Source: Carcharhinus amblyrhynchos
Taxonomy: Eukaryota
Length of the DNA: 64,000 nucleotides
NCBI GenBank assembly: GCA_965287045.1
Contig: OZ336872.1
Location: forward strand, 12,772,001-12,836,000
Direction of reading: 5' to 3'
Numbering within the stretch: position 1 is the stretch's first letter; each line of letters starts with the position of its first letter. A model generated the notes under the pieces. The model made no database searches, was not told the origin of the DNA, and was given only the letters and a program-made list of their open reading frames with translations. The position numbers were made by a program, and so were the translations under genes. Below, one piece after another: positions 62,373 through 64,000 of the stretch.

Positions 62373-63844
62373 TTATCACCTTGCTTTTCTTTTCAATATA
62401 TCCCTTGGCCAGTTAACAATTATCTTTGCCTTTTTTTTATATAAGGGACAGGTCTGAGGGATTCCTGCAGATCAATATTTGTTTCTCACATGGCTTTTAT
62501 TTAAACTGTAGTCAGACTTAGGCAGTGGGATTTTAAAATTTAAACCATGGCCTGTTTCTGATCAAATCTTTTTGGTCTGAAGACAGGAATATATATAATG
62601 CTGTCTGAAGTCCTTACATCTTAAAATTGCAAAAGAAATTCTCTACTGGCTGTGAAACATTGCATGCTCAGGTAGCTTCTGAATTACTGTTAACATTATT
62701 ACAGATTCTTGTGAACGGTGATACTATTATTGATACTATTATTTCCAAGCTCCAGTTAGAGGCCTATCAAAGAATGCAAGTCTACTGATGTAGACATTAA
62801 TTCCAATAGCTTACCCATCCAAAGCAACCTTTAGTGTATTAAAGCAAGCCCAGTGAACACTAAGTCAGCAATAGCAATTTCTGGGTAATACACTGGCTGA
62901 GCATCAATTCTCAACAAGGGAAACAAACATCTCCCATCAGGATCTTTAATCTGACTCATTTGATAGCTCTGTACACAAGGGCCTGTCAAGCTGGGATAAA
63001 TATTGCAGTCTTTCATCACATCATTGGTTCATTTGTCTTTATTTAGTTTCACAACACAGCTGTGATACAGAATCCCATGGAGCAAGAGTACCTAGGTTAC
63101 ATTTATTCAACAATCATGTAGTGCCTATGAAGTAATAAAACATCCCAAGGCATTTGAGATTCAGTTAAATAATACTGAAAAAAAGCAAATGAAATACGCC
63201 TGTGTTTTGTTATTTGAGTTTGAGAAAGAAATAATGCATTACTTCATTTTATCTTTATGTGTATAAATTTACAACATGCAACTTTTTAGCTTTAGCCGGA
63301 ATAATGGAACTGTTAATTTGGTGCTGTTCCATCTATCAAAATGATCAGCAGAAAATGGCAAGCATCCCATATATCCTTCCGGTGCTTCTCTCAAGAAAAT
63401 GTTGAATGTTAATTCTGTGACACACTAACCCATTCTCTCTGCATGTGCGAGGTACACCTATTCTGCTTGAGACAGCTGCCAGCCATGTCTGCCTTATGGC
63501 CATGAGCATGAATTCAACAAAACTGAGAAACCCCATTCATTGAAACAGGCTGAACACAAAATCCAAAGTAGAAATTCTAACCTGGCCAGCCATGTGATCA
63601 AATAAGTACGTCCAGAAATTCAGGCAAACTGGAAAACGTTTACATGTTAAAGTTGTGTGTAAATTGTGGCCAATCTCAGCAGTAGGGATACGGCTTGATA
63701 CATATGCATGATTTTGACTTTTTTTGTAAACACAATGACTTACAGTACTGCTATATCTTCTCCCTTTCCAATTTCTAATAATTCTAACAACCCTCTGGTA
63801 GGGTATTCAAATGGTAATTTCTCCTGCATGAACCACGATATTAA

Positions 63845-64000
63845 GGGTGGCACAGTTGTTAGCACTGCTGCCTCAGTGCCAGGTTTGCACATTCTCCCCG
63901 CGTCTGTGTGGGTTTCCTCTGGGTGCTCCAGTTTCCTCCCACAATCTGAAAGACGTACTGGTTAGTGGATCGGCCATGGTAAATACTTCCTCAGTGTACC
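63845..64000 (+). mobile_element. V-SINE (internally deleted, runs off the window)
   Basis: Head and V-domain. Confidence 0.8.

Overview
This is repeat-rich vertebrate genomic DNA, very probably from an elasmobranch (shark), judging by the HE1-type V-SINEs and the CR1/HER1, Rex1/Babar and Penelope relics. It holds the 3' ends of two G-protein alpha-subunit genes arranged tail-to-tail. The + strand carries the last coding exon of a transducin alpha (6789-6979, most likely GNAT1) and a probable non-coding terminal exon from 8691. The - strand carries GNAI2 exons 6, 7 and 8 (62217-62346, 56813-56966, 39589-39779) and a ~3 kb repeat-free 3'UTR exon starting at 31244. Nearly all other ORFs in the supplied track are transposon fragments or chance ORFs. 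I see no clearly new biological system. The best second-look items are a 5'-truncated, tail-less U6 snRNA retrocopy with a target-site duplication (TSD) in GNAI2 intron 7, a tandem miR-124/miR-30 site pair in the GNAI2 3'UTR, unusual alpha4-helix substitutions in the transducin, Penelope palindromes with hammerhead-ribozyme relics, and a double palindrome at 14.8 kb. Exon boundaries were read base by base; repeat boundaries are approximate and repeat family names come from recognition, not a database search.
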